NCBI RefSeq assembly: GCF_965227415.1 | Contig: NZ_OZ245749.1 | Coordinates: 155,653 to 219,652 of the forward strand | Source of the DNA: Sphingopyxis sp. | Lineage (GTDB): Bacteria > Pseudomonadota > Alphaproteobacteria > Sphingomonadales > Sphingomonadaceae | Reading direction: 5' to 3' | DNA length: 64,000 nucleotides | Shown: positions 38,349 through 47,179 of the stretch, piece after piece | Layout of the letters: every line of letters begins with the position of its first letter | Position numbering within the stretch: the stretch's first letter is position 1 | The notes under the pieces: model-generated | What the model saw: only the letters and a program-made list of their open reading frames with translations | What the model was told of the DNA's origin: nothing | Databases searched by the model: none | Made by a program: the position numbers and the translations under genes

Positions 38349-39527
38349 GTGAAGGGTGCCGCCTATATTGTTGGAGCCTTTGAGCACCCCATTCGTCACG
38401 CGGGCAATAAATCCGTCGCGCAGCTTCATTCCGAGGTGGCGCTTGGTGCGCTGGCCGATGCGGGGCTGGGCATTCGCGACGTCGACGGCTTCTTCTGCGC
38501 CGGCGACATCCCCGGCTGGTCGGCACCCGGTACGGGGCCGTTCTCGCTCGTCGAGTATCTCGGGCTCAACCTGCGCTATCTCGATTCGACGGAGAGCTGG
38601 GGGTCTTCCTATATAAACCATGTCGCGCATGCGGTCGAAGCGATACGTGCCGGGCGATGCCGCGTTGCCCTCATAACCTTGGCGGGACGGCCGAGGGCCG
38701 ATGCAAGCAGCCCCGATGCCAATCACCGTGAACCTGCCGATACGCCCGAGTATGAATTCGAGGCCCCCTACCGCGCCGTCGTTACCAACATGTACGGGAT
38801 GGTCGCCAAGCGGCACATGTATGAATATGGCACCACGTCCGAGCAGCTCGCCTGGGTGAAGGTCGCTGCCTCCCATCACGCGCAGCACAATCCGCACGCG
38901 ATGCTGCCGCAGGTCGTTACGGTGGACGACGTCCTCGCGTCGCCAATGATCAGCGATCCACTGCACCGCCTCGACTGCTGCGTCGTTTCTGATGGCGGGG
39001 GCGCGCTCGTCATCGCTGAGCCCGGGATCGCGCGCAGCCTCGGCAAGCCGCTCATCACGCCTCGCGGCAGCGGCTATTGCGTGCGCCAGCTCAATGGTGG
39101 CTATTTCGACATATTGCGATCGGGCGCCGAACGATCGGGCGCCGACGCTTTCGCGGAAGCGGGCGTACGCCCCGCGGACATTCGATACGCCTCACTCTAC
39201 GACAGCTTCACCATCACCGTGCTCGTTCAACTTGAAAATCTCGGCTTCTGTCCGCCCGGTCAGGCGGGGCGGATGGCTGCCGACGGTGGACTCATCGCGG
39301 GCGTCGGCCGCCTGGCGGTGAACACCGATGGCGGCGGGCTTTGCAACAATCATCCCGCCAATCGCGGCGGGATGACGAAAGTGATAGAAGCGGTGCGCCA
39401 GCTGCGCGGCATCGCCGCACCGCAAACCCAGCTTCCCGATTGCTCGCTCGCCCTGGCACATGGAACGGGTGGGCAACTTGGCGGCCGCCATGGAAGTGCG
39501 ACGCTCATTCTCGAAAGGGAAAGCTGA
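38349..39527 (+). CDS. Thiolase-like protein (SCP-x / nonspecific lipid-transfer type)
   Basis: Thiolase-fold motifs (CCVVSDGGGALVIAE, NTDGGGLCNNHPANRGGM, HGTGG). GTG start at 38349 follows GGGGAGAA. Confidence 0.8.
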   Translation: MKGAAYIVGAFEHPIRHAGNKSVAQLHSEVALGALADAGLGIRDVDGFFCAGDIPGWSAPGTGPFSLVEYLGLNLRYLDSTESWGSSYINHVAHAVEAIRAGRCRVALITLAGRPRADASSPDANHREPADTPEYEFEAPYRAVVTNMYGMVAKRHMYEYGTTSEQLAWVKVAASHHAQHNPHAMLPQVVTVDDVLASPMISDPLHRLDCCVVSDGGGALVIAEPGIARSLGKPLITPRGSGYCVRQLNGGYFDILRSGAERSGADAFAEAGVRPADIRYASLYDSFTITVLVQLENLGFCPPGQAGRMAADGGLIAGVGRLAVNTDGGGLCNNHPANRGGMTKVIEAVRQLRGIAAPQTQLPDCSLALAHGTGGQLGGRHGSATLILERES

Positions 39528-39907
39528 TGTGTTCCGATCCGAACATCATACGATCGGCGACCGAACCCTTTTGGGCGGGCGCAGCCGAGGGGCGGCTCAT
39601 GCTCCAGCGGTGCTGCGATACCGGGACCGTCTTCTATTATCCGCGCGCGACGAGCCCCTTCACCGGTGGGCCAACCGAATGGCTCGAGGCATCGGGAAAG
39701 GGCGAAATCTATTCTTGCAGCGTCTCGACGCGGACGCTCCCCGGCTATTGCCTTGCCTATGTCAGGTTGGAGGAAGGGCCGCTCCTTCTAACGAACGTCG
39801 AAGCCGACGACCTTCAGTCCATTGCGATCGGTCAGCGCGTCGCGGTCGCTTTCCGGCCGGACGCCTCCGGGCGTGCGGTGCCCGTCTTTCGCTTGCAGGA
39901 AAAATAA
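39527..39907 (+). CDS. DUF35 OB-fold / Zn-ribbon protein (thiolase partner)
   Basis: 126 aa. FWAGAAEGRLMLQRCCDTGTVFYYPR, then an OB-fold segment (GEIYSCSV...LAYVRLEEGPLLLTNV). TGATG overlap with the thiolase stop. Confidence 0.75.
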   Translation: MCSDPNIIRSATEPFWAGAAEGRLMLQRCCDTGTVFYYPRATSPFTGGPTEWLEASGKGEIYSCSVSTRTLPGYCLAYVRLEEGPLLLTNVEADDLQSIAIGQRVAVAFRPDASGRAVPVFRLQEK

Positions 39908-41580
39908 TGATCCAAGACGATATTTGTAGCCCGGAAGCCATTGCGGCCCAGATTGATACGGTTTTTGGCGGCGAACGGCTTCGCGCCACCGGCCACATCC
40001 CTGATCCGGATCTCATCCTGTCGATGCTCCAGGCGGCGCATCGCTTTGCGAACGAGCGTATCGCACCCTTCGATCGGTCCGCCGACCGGGAGGGATGCCG
40101 CGTGGTAGATGGCCGGGTCGCGCTTCCTCGGGGGCAGGCGGAGCTATGGGCCGACTATCGAGAAGGTGGCTGGACGGCGATCGACCTTCCAGCAGCCCAT
40201 GGTGGCCTCGGCCTGCCTGACGTCGTCGCGCTGGGCATCCAGGAATTGCTCGACCGTGGTTCCATCGGCTTCGGCATGCTGTCGGGAGCCTCGAGGGCAG
40301 CGTGCCGCGTGCTTGCCGATCATGCCGACCCGGCACTCGCCGCAACCTGGATTTCGGAAATCGCCGCAGGCCGCTGGGCGGCGACGATTTGCATTTCCGA
40401 AGCCGGTGCCGGGTCCGACCTTGCGCGGCTCAGGACGAGCGCGCGCCGCGCGGGTGAGAGATGGGAGGTGACGGGTGAGAAGCTTTGGACGTCGTTCGGC
40501 GACCACCCGCTCACCGAACGCATCGGCCACCTCGTGCTGGCGCGGACCGATGCCGAAGCGCCGGGAACGCGCGGGCTCAGTCTTTTCCTCGTGCCCGATC
40601 GCCACAGCGACGGCACCCGGAACGGCGTGTTTGTCCGAAGGGTCGAGGAAAAAATGGGCCTGCACTGCTCGCCCACCTGCGCGATGGGCTTCGAGGAGGC
40701 GGACGCCACGCTGATCGGCGCCGAGGGTCGGGGTCTCCCTCAATTGTTCAGCATGATTCAGGCGATGCGCCTTCACGTCGCGACGCAAGGCCTTGGGGCC
40801 TCGGCTTTCAGTCTCGACCTTGCCTGTCGCTACGCGAGCGACCGGGAACAGGGCGGCGCGCCCGACGAACGTCCCATCCCTATTATCGAGCATGCCGATA
40901 TCCAGCTCGTCCTTTCACGGCTCGCCGCCCGCACGCTCACGCTGCGCGGGCTTGTCCTGGCCGCTGGCGCGAGCGCGCAGCTACGCGCGCTGGACGCAGA
41001 AGCGGGGGCGATGCTCGGCTGGTTGCTCCCGATCGTGAAAAATTCCGGCGCCGAGACGGCGGTGTGTGCCGCATCCGAGGCCATGCTCGTCTTCGGGGGT
41101 GCCGGATATACAAGCGAGTGGCCGATTGAGCAGCGCTTGAGAGATGCCAGGGTGCTCGCAATCTACGAAGGCACCACCGGGATGCAGGCCATCGACCTGG
41201 TCAGGCGGCGCTGGATCAAGCCGGGGCAGGGGAGCGAAGTCTTTCGCGCCGCGCTGATCGAGGAAGCGGGTTTGGCCGATGCAGGCGTCCGCCCCGCGAT
41301 CAGGGAGGCAATAGCCCGTTTCGATGAGGCCGGCGCCTGGCTGCGCTCGCCCGAGCGCAGCGCCTTGCAGGTCGATGCAGCCTGCCGTTCGGCGCTGTTG
41401 CTGGCAACCGAGCTGGCGCATGGCTGGATGGCTGCGCGTCTTGTCCGCCTCGGATGGAGCGATCGGATCCGAAGTCTCGGGCTCAATGGACTGTCGGCGA
41501 TGGAGGAAGCCTTGCCGGCCGCGCTGCACGCGATGAAGGATGGTGAGATGCGAACCCGGGCGTTCCGCTCGCTCCGGTGA
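39907..41580 (+). CDS. Acyl-CoA dehydrogenase (long form with C-terminal helical extension)
   Basis: ISEAGAGSDLARLRTSA, WTSFGDH, LFLVP and QVFGGAGYTSEWPIEQRLRDARVLAIYEGTTGMQ match ACAD. TAATG overlap with the DUF35 stop. Confidence 0.85.
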   Translation: MIQDDICSPEAIAAQIDTVFGGERLRATGHIPDPDLILSMLQAAHRFANERIAPFDRSADREGCRVVDGRVALPRGQAELWADYREGGWTAIDLPAAHGGLGLPDVVALGIQELLDRGSIGFGMLSGASRAACRVLADHADPALAATWISEIAAGRWAATICISEAGAGSDLARLRTSARRAGERWEVTGEKLWTSFGDHPLTERIGHLVLARTDAEAPGTRGLSLFLVPDRHSDGTRNGVFVRRVEEKMGLHCSPTCAMGFEEADATLIGAEGRGLPQLFSMIQAMRLHVATQGLGASAFSLDLACRYASDREQGGAPDERPIPIIEHADIQLVLSRLAARTLTLRGLVLAAGASAQLRALDAEAGAMLGWLLPIVKNSGAETAVCAASEAMLVFGGAGYTSEWPIEQRLRDARVLAIYEGTTGMQAIDLVRRRWIKPGQGSEVFRAALIEEAGLADAGVRPAIREAIARFDEAGAWLRSPERSALQVDAACRSALLLATELAHGWMAARLVRLGWSDRIRSLGLNGLSAMEEALPAALHAMKDGEMRTRAFRSLR

Positions 41581-41837
41581 CACCGTCCGGGACTGACCGC
41601 AGCAAGGCGGCGCACCGCCGAACCCCGGACAGCGTCCGGGACCTGAAAGTCGTGGCGTCGGTCCGCCTCAGGCCTTGCCCGGCTTGCGCCCGCGACGGCC
41701 GAGCCACCCCGGTTTCGAGGAGTGGCGTCAGGCTCCAGTGGCTTTCGGTTGCGAAGCGGTCGGATCGGGGCCTTTTCGAATGATGCAAACGGTCTCTCAG
41801 CGCCGCTTCGCCGACGTCGCGCCGCTACAGGATCATG

Positions 41838-41881
41838 TTGCAAAAATGCAATGGAAAGGCATTTTTGCTATGCAATATAGC
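41838..41881. promoter_or_regulatory. Operator-like repeat cluster related to the 38251-38299 palindrome
   Basis: TTGCAAAAATGC-aatggaaag-GCATTTTTGCTA inverted repeat, overlapping GCTAT-gcaat-ATAGC (41867-41881). The core has the same architecture as GCTAT-atgga-ATAGC at 38268-38282. Confidence 0.45.
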
Positions 41882-42053
41882 CATTGTTGCCTTCGATTAT
41901 CGCGATGGCGGCCGGCAGACAGGCATGTCGTGGCTGATGATGTGATTTCGAAGCTTGTCCGGCAATTCTCGAAGTTCGGTCCCGCCTGCTGCGATCGCGG
42001 CGCTGGCGCTTTTCCGAGACTTGGGGGGCTTGTGGAACCCGTTCGGGCAGGGT

Positions 42054-42065
42054 TTGCAAAAATGC
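42054..42065. promoter_or_regulatory. Second exact copy of the 12-mer TTGCAAAAATGC
   Basis: Identical 12-mer to 41838-41849, located 216 bp downstream. It is followed by TTGACA-N12-TGTCAA (42074-42097). Confidence 0.4.
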
Positions 42066-42504
42066 TGAACCCTTTGACAGGAATGCAATCTTGTCAATTT
42101 TGGGACTGCTTTGTCTTTCGCTCACGAGCAGAGGGTCTGCTGGCATGGATATTGCTTGAGTGCGCTGGAAAACAACAATTGCCGCTGCGGCGGGGGAAGG
42201 ACGCCAGATTGCGCAAGAAGCTATCTGACCGCGATGGCAACCGAGGGCCAAAGGATCTTCGGCACGATCTGCCGCGTCGGGATGGCGGGTTCATGGCCTA
42301 TGGCGCTGAACATTCGGCTTTCGTGCCGCTGCCGAGCGAGGCGCATCCGATTTCGAACGAATGCGCCAAGCAGCCCCGGATACACAGCGCGGCCGGAATG
42401 AATCCGGAAAATCCGGGAGACGGACGGGCTTCTCCCGGATCGTCAACACCCGGACCGACAATCGAGATTTTTGGCAAGGACTGCAAAAAAAGGGAGGCAG
42501 GCAA

Positions 42505-44883
42505 ATGACTAATCACATGTTCCGGAAACTGGCTATGGCCGGTTGTTCGTTCGGGGCGCTGCTTGCGGTGCCATCATTCGCGCAGGAGGCGCCCACTGCG
42601 GCCGCAGGTGATCAGCCGGAAGATGTTTCGGGGGAAATCATCGTAACGGCCAACAAGCGCAACGAGAATCTCCAGGACGTTGGTGTCACGGTTCAGGCGA
42701 TCGGCGGGGACACGCTGACCGAGCGAAACATCACCTCGCTCGGCGAGATCACAAAGCTGGTTCCGGGCCTGAGCTTCGCAGCGACCGCGAACAATACGCC
42801 GGTCTTGACGCTGCGCGGCGTGGGCTTCTTCGATTCCACGCTGGCATCCTATCCCAACGTTAGCCTTTACCTCGATCAGGCGCCGCTGGCCTTTCCGACC
42901 ACCGCATCGCAGACCGCCTTCGACCTCGAGCGGGTGGAGGTTGTGAAGGGGCCGCAGGGGACCCTGTTCGGCAACAATTCGACCGGAGGGGCGATCAACT
43001 ACATCGCAAACAAGCCGTCGGAAACGGCCGGTGGTGGTCTCGATCTGACCTATGGCCGGTTTGGCCGGATGGAGGTCGCGACCTTCGTGACCGGGCCGCT
43101 GTCCGAAACGCTGAAAGTCCGTCTGGCCGCGAAGACGGTGCAAGGCGGCGACTGGCAGAAGAGCTATACCCGGGACGACAAGCTCGGCGAAAGCAACTCG
43201 ATCGCCGGACGCCTGCTCGTCGACTGGGAGCCGACCAGCCGCCTGCGGGTCTCGATCAATCTCAATGGCTGGCAGGACAAATCGGATCCCATCGCACCCC
43301 AATTCGTGAAGCTGTTCAACCAGGGTGTACCGTTACCACCTGAAATTTCCGCTTATCCCACCGCGCCGGCATCGCCGCGCGCTGCAGACTGGAATCCCGT
43401 GATCGACCATCCGCGGGCGAACAACCGCATGGTGCAGGCGATCGGCCGGATCGATTTCGACGTCACCGACGACATCACGCTGACGTCGATCAGTTCCTAT
43501 GTCGACTATAAGCATGACCAGTCGCTCGAGGGCGACGGCACGGCCCTAATTTCGCTCGACGTGCCCAACACCGGCACCATCGAAAGCTTTGCCCAGGAGC
43601 TGCGGCTCGGCAATGGCGGCAGCGGTCCGATCCGTTGGCTCCTCGGCGGCAACTATGAACATAGCGACGTCGACGAGGCCAATGAAGTGCATTTCCCGGC
43701 CGCGTCCGGGGCATTCTTGCCCTTCTTCTACCAAGCGGGCAATTCTTCGAACCAGCGCATGCGAAACTATGCGGCTTTCGCAAATGTCGAGTTCGACATC
43801 ACCGACAGTCTCACGTTGAAGGGCGGCATTCGTCAGACGCGCGCCGAGCGTTCGTCGATCAACCGATCCTATCCGGTCGACAATGATGCAAAGTTCTTCT
43901 TGAAGCCGGCGTTCGAAGCCTATCGCTTCTTCGTCCTCGGACTTGCCGACCCTACCATTCCCGACTCCTTCTTTCCCGGTCCGTTTCTTGGCGGTGCGGC
44001 CGATCCGGCAACGGGCCTGCCCGGCCTTTATTACGGGAAGCTCAACGAAGACAGCACGTCCTGGCTGGCAGGTGTCAACTACAAGCCCGCAGACGACGTC
44101 ATGCTTTATGCCAACGTGTCGAAGGGCTACAAGGCCGGTGGCTTTCCTACGCTCTCGGCAAGCTTCTGGAGCCAGTTCGAGCCTGTTACCCAAGAGTCGC
44201 TGGTCGACTATGAAGTGGGCTTCAAGACGCAGTTCCTCGATCGCCGGGTGACCTTCAACGGCGCTGCATTCTACTACGACTATCGGGACAAGCAGCTGCG
44301 TTCGAAAATCATCGATCCGCTTTTTGGCATTCTCGACGCCATCAAGAATGTGCCGAAATCGACGGTCAAGGGCTTCGAGTTCGATCTTTCGGCCCGCCCC
44401 GTTCAAGGCTTGTCTGTGTATCTCCAGGGCACCTATCTCGATACCCGCGTCGATCGCTATGTCGGGATCGTCGGATCGACGATCAATCCGCAGACCGGCT
44501 TCTTCGAGCCGGTCACCGCTAATCTTGCCGGTGAGCGTCTTCCCTTCGCGCCGAAGTGGCAGTTCGCGACAGGGGCGAGCGGAAATATTCCGCTCAGCGC
44601 CGCGGTGGAACTGAACATTGGGGCAGACCTTCGTTATCAGAGCAATTCGACGAGCGTCCTTGGCAGCGCGCAGGCGATGGCCGACACCCGGATCGATGCA
44701 TCGACGATCGTGGATGCGCGCATCGGCATCTCCGATCGCGACAAGCGCTGGTCGCTGACACTGTTCGGCAAGAACATCTTCAACGAATATTATTGGACCA
44801 ACTCGCTGACCACGTTCGACACGGTGGTTCGCTACGCCGGACGACCAGCCGAATATGGCGTTACGGCCACGTTCCGCTTTTAG
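42505..44883 (+). CDS. TonB-dependent receptor
   Basis: AGGGAGG RBS, signal peptide MTNHMFRKLAMAGCSFGALLAVPSFAQ, plug (IIVTANKRNENLQDV...VEVVKGPQGTLFGNNSTGGAINY), and a barrel ending TATFRF. Confidence 0.9.
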   Translation: MTNHMFRKLAMAGCSFGALLAVPSFAQEAPTAAAGDQPEDVSGEIIVTANKRNENLQDVGVTVQAIGGDTLTERNITSLGEITKLVPGLSFAATANNTPVLTLRGVGFFDSTLASYPNVSLYLDQAPLAFPTTASQTAFDLERVEVVKGPQGTLFGNNSTGGAINYIANKPSETAGGGLDLTYGRFGRMEVATFVTGPLSETLKVRLAAKTVQGGDWQKSYTRDDKLGESNSIAGRLLVDWEPTSRLRVSINLNGWQDKSDPIAPQFVKLFNQGVPLPPEISAYPTAPASPRAADWNPVIDHPRANNRMVQAIGRIDFDVTDDITLTSISSYVDYKHDQSLEGDGTALISLDVPNTGTIESFAQELRLGNGGSGPIRWLLGGNYEHSDVDEANEVHFPAASGAFLPFFYQAGNSSNQRMRNYAAFANVEFDITDSLTLKGGIRQTRAERSSINRSYPVDNDAKFFLKPAFEAYRFFVLGLADPTIPDSFFPGPFLGGAADPATGLPGLYYGKLNEDSTSWLAGVNYKPADDVMLYANVSKGYKAGGFPTLSASFWSQFEPVTQESLVDYEVGFKTQFLDRRVTFNGAAFYYDYRDKQLRSKIIDPLFGILDAIKNVPKSTVKGFEFDLSARPVQGLSVYLQGTYLDTRVDRYVGIVGSTINPQTGFFEPVTANLAGERLPFAPKWQFATGASGNIPLSAAVELNIGADLRYQSNSTSVLGSAQAMADTRIDASTIVDARIGISDRDKRWSLTLFGKNIFNEYYWTNSLTTFDTVVRYAGRPAEYGVTATFRF

Positions 44884-44892
44884 CCTTGTCAG

Positions 44893-44946
44893 GCCCGGCC
44901 GGATTGTCGCGCCTGTCGCGACCCTGTCCGGCCGGGCTTTCTTCTG
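44893..44946 (+). terminator. Rho-independent terminator after the TBDR gene
   Basis: 11-bp stem GCCCGGCCGGA / TCCGGCCGGGC enclosing an inner GTCGCG/CGCGAC stem, followed by TTTCTTCT. Confidence 0.7.
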
Positions 44947-45038
44947 GCACGGCCGCCGCTGGCGGATCGGGATCAAGGCCCTGAAAAACCGGGAGTTTTG
45001 TTTTTTGCCCGTCCGAGCGGAGATCAAATTTATCATAT

Positions 45039-45079
45039 TTGACAAGAATGCCATTTCGGTAGATTGTCATCCGTGACAA
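45039..45079 (+). promoter_or_regulatory. Promoter/operator candidate for the TetR-amidohydrolase operon
   Basis: TTGACA hexamer at 45039-45044 and the perfect palindrome TTGTCA-tccg-TGACAA at 45064-45079, 24 nt upstream of the TetR ATG. Confidence 0.55.
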
Positions 45080-45102
45080 GATTCGGGAAAGGGTCGAAGC
45101 GG

Positions 45103-45714
45103 ATGGCGAGAACGCGAGTGGATGCGGAACGTCGCGAACGCATTCTCGAGGCGTTCGAAGCGTGCGTTATACGCCAGGGAATAGAGCGTACGACCCTGGA
45201 AGACATCGCACGGGAGGCAGGTCAGCCGCGCTCGCTCGTTCGATATTTCGCCGGCAATCGCGATGAGCTGGTTGCCAAACTCGTCGACCGCCTGCTTGCC
45301 CGCACGTCGGAAAGAGTGCGGTCGATGCGAGAGCGAAGTGCCGGGGACACCGAGGAGTTGGTGCGCCTCTATTTCGCCGAGTTCTTTGCGGACGAACACT
45401 CGAATCGTATCGTTGTCGAGCTGTGGCGCATGACGGGCCATTCGGAAGATATCGCAGGCCGGGTGTTCGGGCTTTACGACGAAATTCTTCACGATCTGGC
45501 AGCGGATCTGTCGAGAGACAGCGAAAAATCTCCGCAGTCCGTTTTCGATGGGGGGTACGCGGCTTTCTCCTTGGGTCTTGGCATGTCGATCCTGCGCAGC
45601 ATCGGGGTCTCACCCGTGCAACCGGCCAGCCTCGAGAAGTTGGCGCATGCTCTGGCCTTGGGGAAGCTGCCAGTGCCAGCCCGTAATCACCATCCTGATC
45701 CGAGGGAGAGCTAA
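45103..45714 (+). CDS. TetR family transcriptional regulator
   Basis: N-terminal HTH RILEAFEACVIRQGIERTTLEDIAREAGQPRSLVRYFAGNRDELV. Confidence 0.85.
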   Translation: MARTRVDAERRERILEAFEACVIRQGIERTTLEDIAREAGQPRSLVRYFAGNRDELVAKLVDRLLARTSERVRSMRERSAGDTEELVRLYFAEFFADEHSNRIVVELWRMTGHSEDIAGRVFGLYDEILHDLAADLSRDSEKSPQSVFDGGYAAFSLGLGMSILRSIGVSPVQPASLEKLAHALALGKLPVPARNHHPDPRES

Positions 45715-45715
45715 A

Positions 45716-47092
45716 GTGACACAGACTGCGATTGTCGGCGCAACGCTGATCGACGGCAACGGTGGGGAACCGATCCGGGACGCGGTCGTCCTCTTCGAAG
45801 GCGACCGGTTCGTTGCCGCGGGATCGCGCGAAGGATCCACGCTTCCCGAGAATATCACGCAAGTCGACGCTGCCGGGAAATTCCTCATTCCGGGAATTAT
45901 CAATGCAAACGTGCATCTTCTCGACGGGTGGACGTTCATGATCGGAACCGGGACGGTAGAATATCTCGCCCGCTTCGAAGGACGGCTCCACGAGGTGATC
46001 GAGGAAGCTGCGCAAATCGCGTTGGCGAACGGCATGACGACTGTGTTCGACACCTATAATGCCCTGCAGCCGGTACTTTTTGCGCGCGATCGCATCGCAT
46101 CGGGCAAGGCGCTTGGCGCACGTATCTACGCCGCTGGCAATATCGTTGGAATGGGCGGGCCATTCTCCGCAGACTTTTCGAAAAAGGCTCGCGAGACGAC
46201 CAGCCAGACTTTCTGCGACCGTATGGATGCGATGTTCGAGGCGGGGGTTGGCCGAAGGCTGGCCGCACTGCCACCCGAGGAGGTCCGCCTGATCATTCGG
46301 GACTATCTTTCCAAGGGCGTCGACCTCCTCAAATTCGCTGTCAGCGACCATATCCTTCTCGAATATATGAACCCGCACCTCACCTTCTCGGCTCGGGTGC
46401 AGCGCGTAATCGCGGAAGAGGCATGGGCGGCAGGAAAGCCGCTGCTCAGTCACACAACATCGCTCGAAAGCCTCAACGACGCCGTCACTCTGGGGGTCGA
46501 CGCGATGATGCATACCAGCCTCACGGCGGGCGTTCCGATACCCGATGATATCATCGAGCAGATCATCAGGAAGACGGTATGGGCCGAAATCCAGCCTGTG
46601 AACGACGAATATCAGCATCACCTGGAAACGACGGGAGGCATGATGGCCGGCTACGCTGGCGGTGTGCACCGGGAGAATATTCAGCGCCTGATCGCTGCTG
46701 GCGCGCCGATCCTGCTGGGTACAGACGCCGGTTGCACGGATCCCGATTGCCTTGCCGATATGAGCGAAGGCGATCGTCACGACCGCCCATGGTCTATCGG
46801 GGGTGATCATTTCCACTGGTTCCGGGCGATGCGGCAACTCGGGATGAAACCGATGGACATGTTGCAGGCGGCAACGAAAAATATCGCGCGGGCGTACAAG
46901 AAAGAAGCCGATCTTGGAACGGTTGAGGCCGGAAAATATGCGGACTTTCTGATTCTCGATGCAAATCCCATCGATGACGAAGACAATTACAAGCGCATCC
47001 ACGCAATCTACCAGGGCGGAAGATTGGTCGATCGTTCCGCGCTGCCGGTAAAGAGGCTCGTCACCCAATATCCCCGGTTCGAACCGTCCTGA
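45716..47092 (+). CDS. Amidohydrolase-superfamily protein, paralog 1 (N-x-H variant)
   Basis: IVGATLIDGNGGEP...AAGKFLIPGIINANVHLL, LSHT, AMMHT, GTDAG and a C-terminal GTVEAGKYADFLILD fit the COG1228-type amidohydrolase layout. GTG start follows GGGAGAG, 1 nt after the TetR stop. Confidence 0.85.
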   Translation: MTQTAIVGATLIDGNGGEPIRDAVVLFEGDRFVAAGSREGSTLPENITQVDAAGKFLIPGIINANVHLLDGWTFMIGTGTVEYLARFEGRLHEVIEEAAQIALANGMTTVFDTYNALQPVLFARDRIASGKALGARIYAAGNIVGMGGPFSADFSKKARETTSQTFCDRMDAMFEAGVGRRLAALPPEEVRLIIRDYLSKGVDLLKFAVSDHILLEYMNPHLTFSARVQRVIAEEAWAAGKPLLSHTTSLESLNDAVTLGVDAMMHTSLTAGVPIPDDIIEQIIRKTVWAEIQPVNDEYQHHLETTGGMMAGYAGGVHRENIQRLIAAGAPILLGTDAGCTDPDCLADMSEGDRHDRPWSIGGDHFHWFRAMRQLGMKPMDMLQAATKNIARAYKKEADLGTVEAGKYADFLILDANPIDDEDNYKRIHAIYQGGRLVDRSALPVKRLVTQYPRFEPS

Positions 47093-47179
47093 GATGAACA
47101 AGGGCCACTCGCAAGGACGGCGCGACGAGGTCGCGCGCGAGCAGAGCAGCTCGCAATAACTCTTATAAAGGAGATCGAA

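Noticed and set aside
42464-42490. TTGGCAAGGACTGCAAAAA just upstream of the TBDR at 42505, considered as a sigma-54 promoter.
   Set aside because: GG and GC are separated by 8 nt instead of 10. It also overlaps the position where the RBS region begins.
41675-42508. A 277-aa ORF filling the ACAD-TBDR gap.
   Set aside because: The translation is rich in Arg/Cys/Trp and has no domain signature. The start context is poor and the region is AT-richer with repeat motifs, so it is treated as non-coding.
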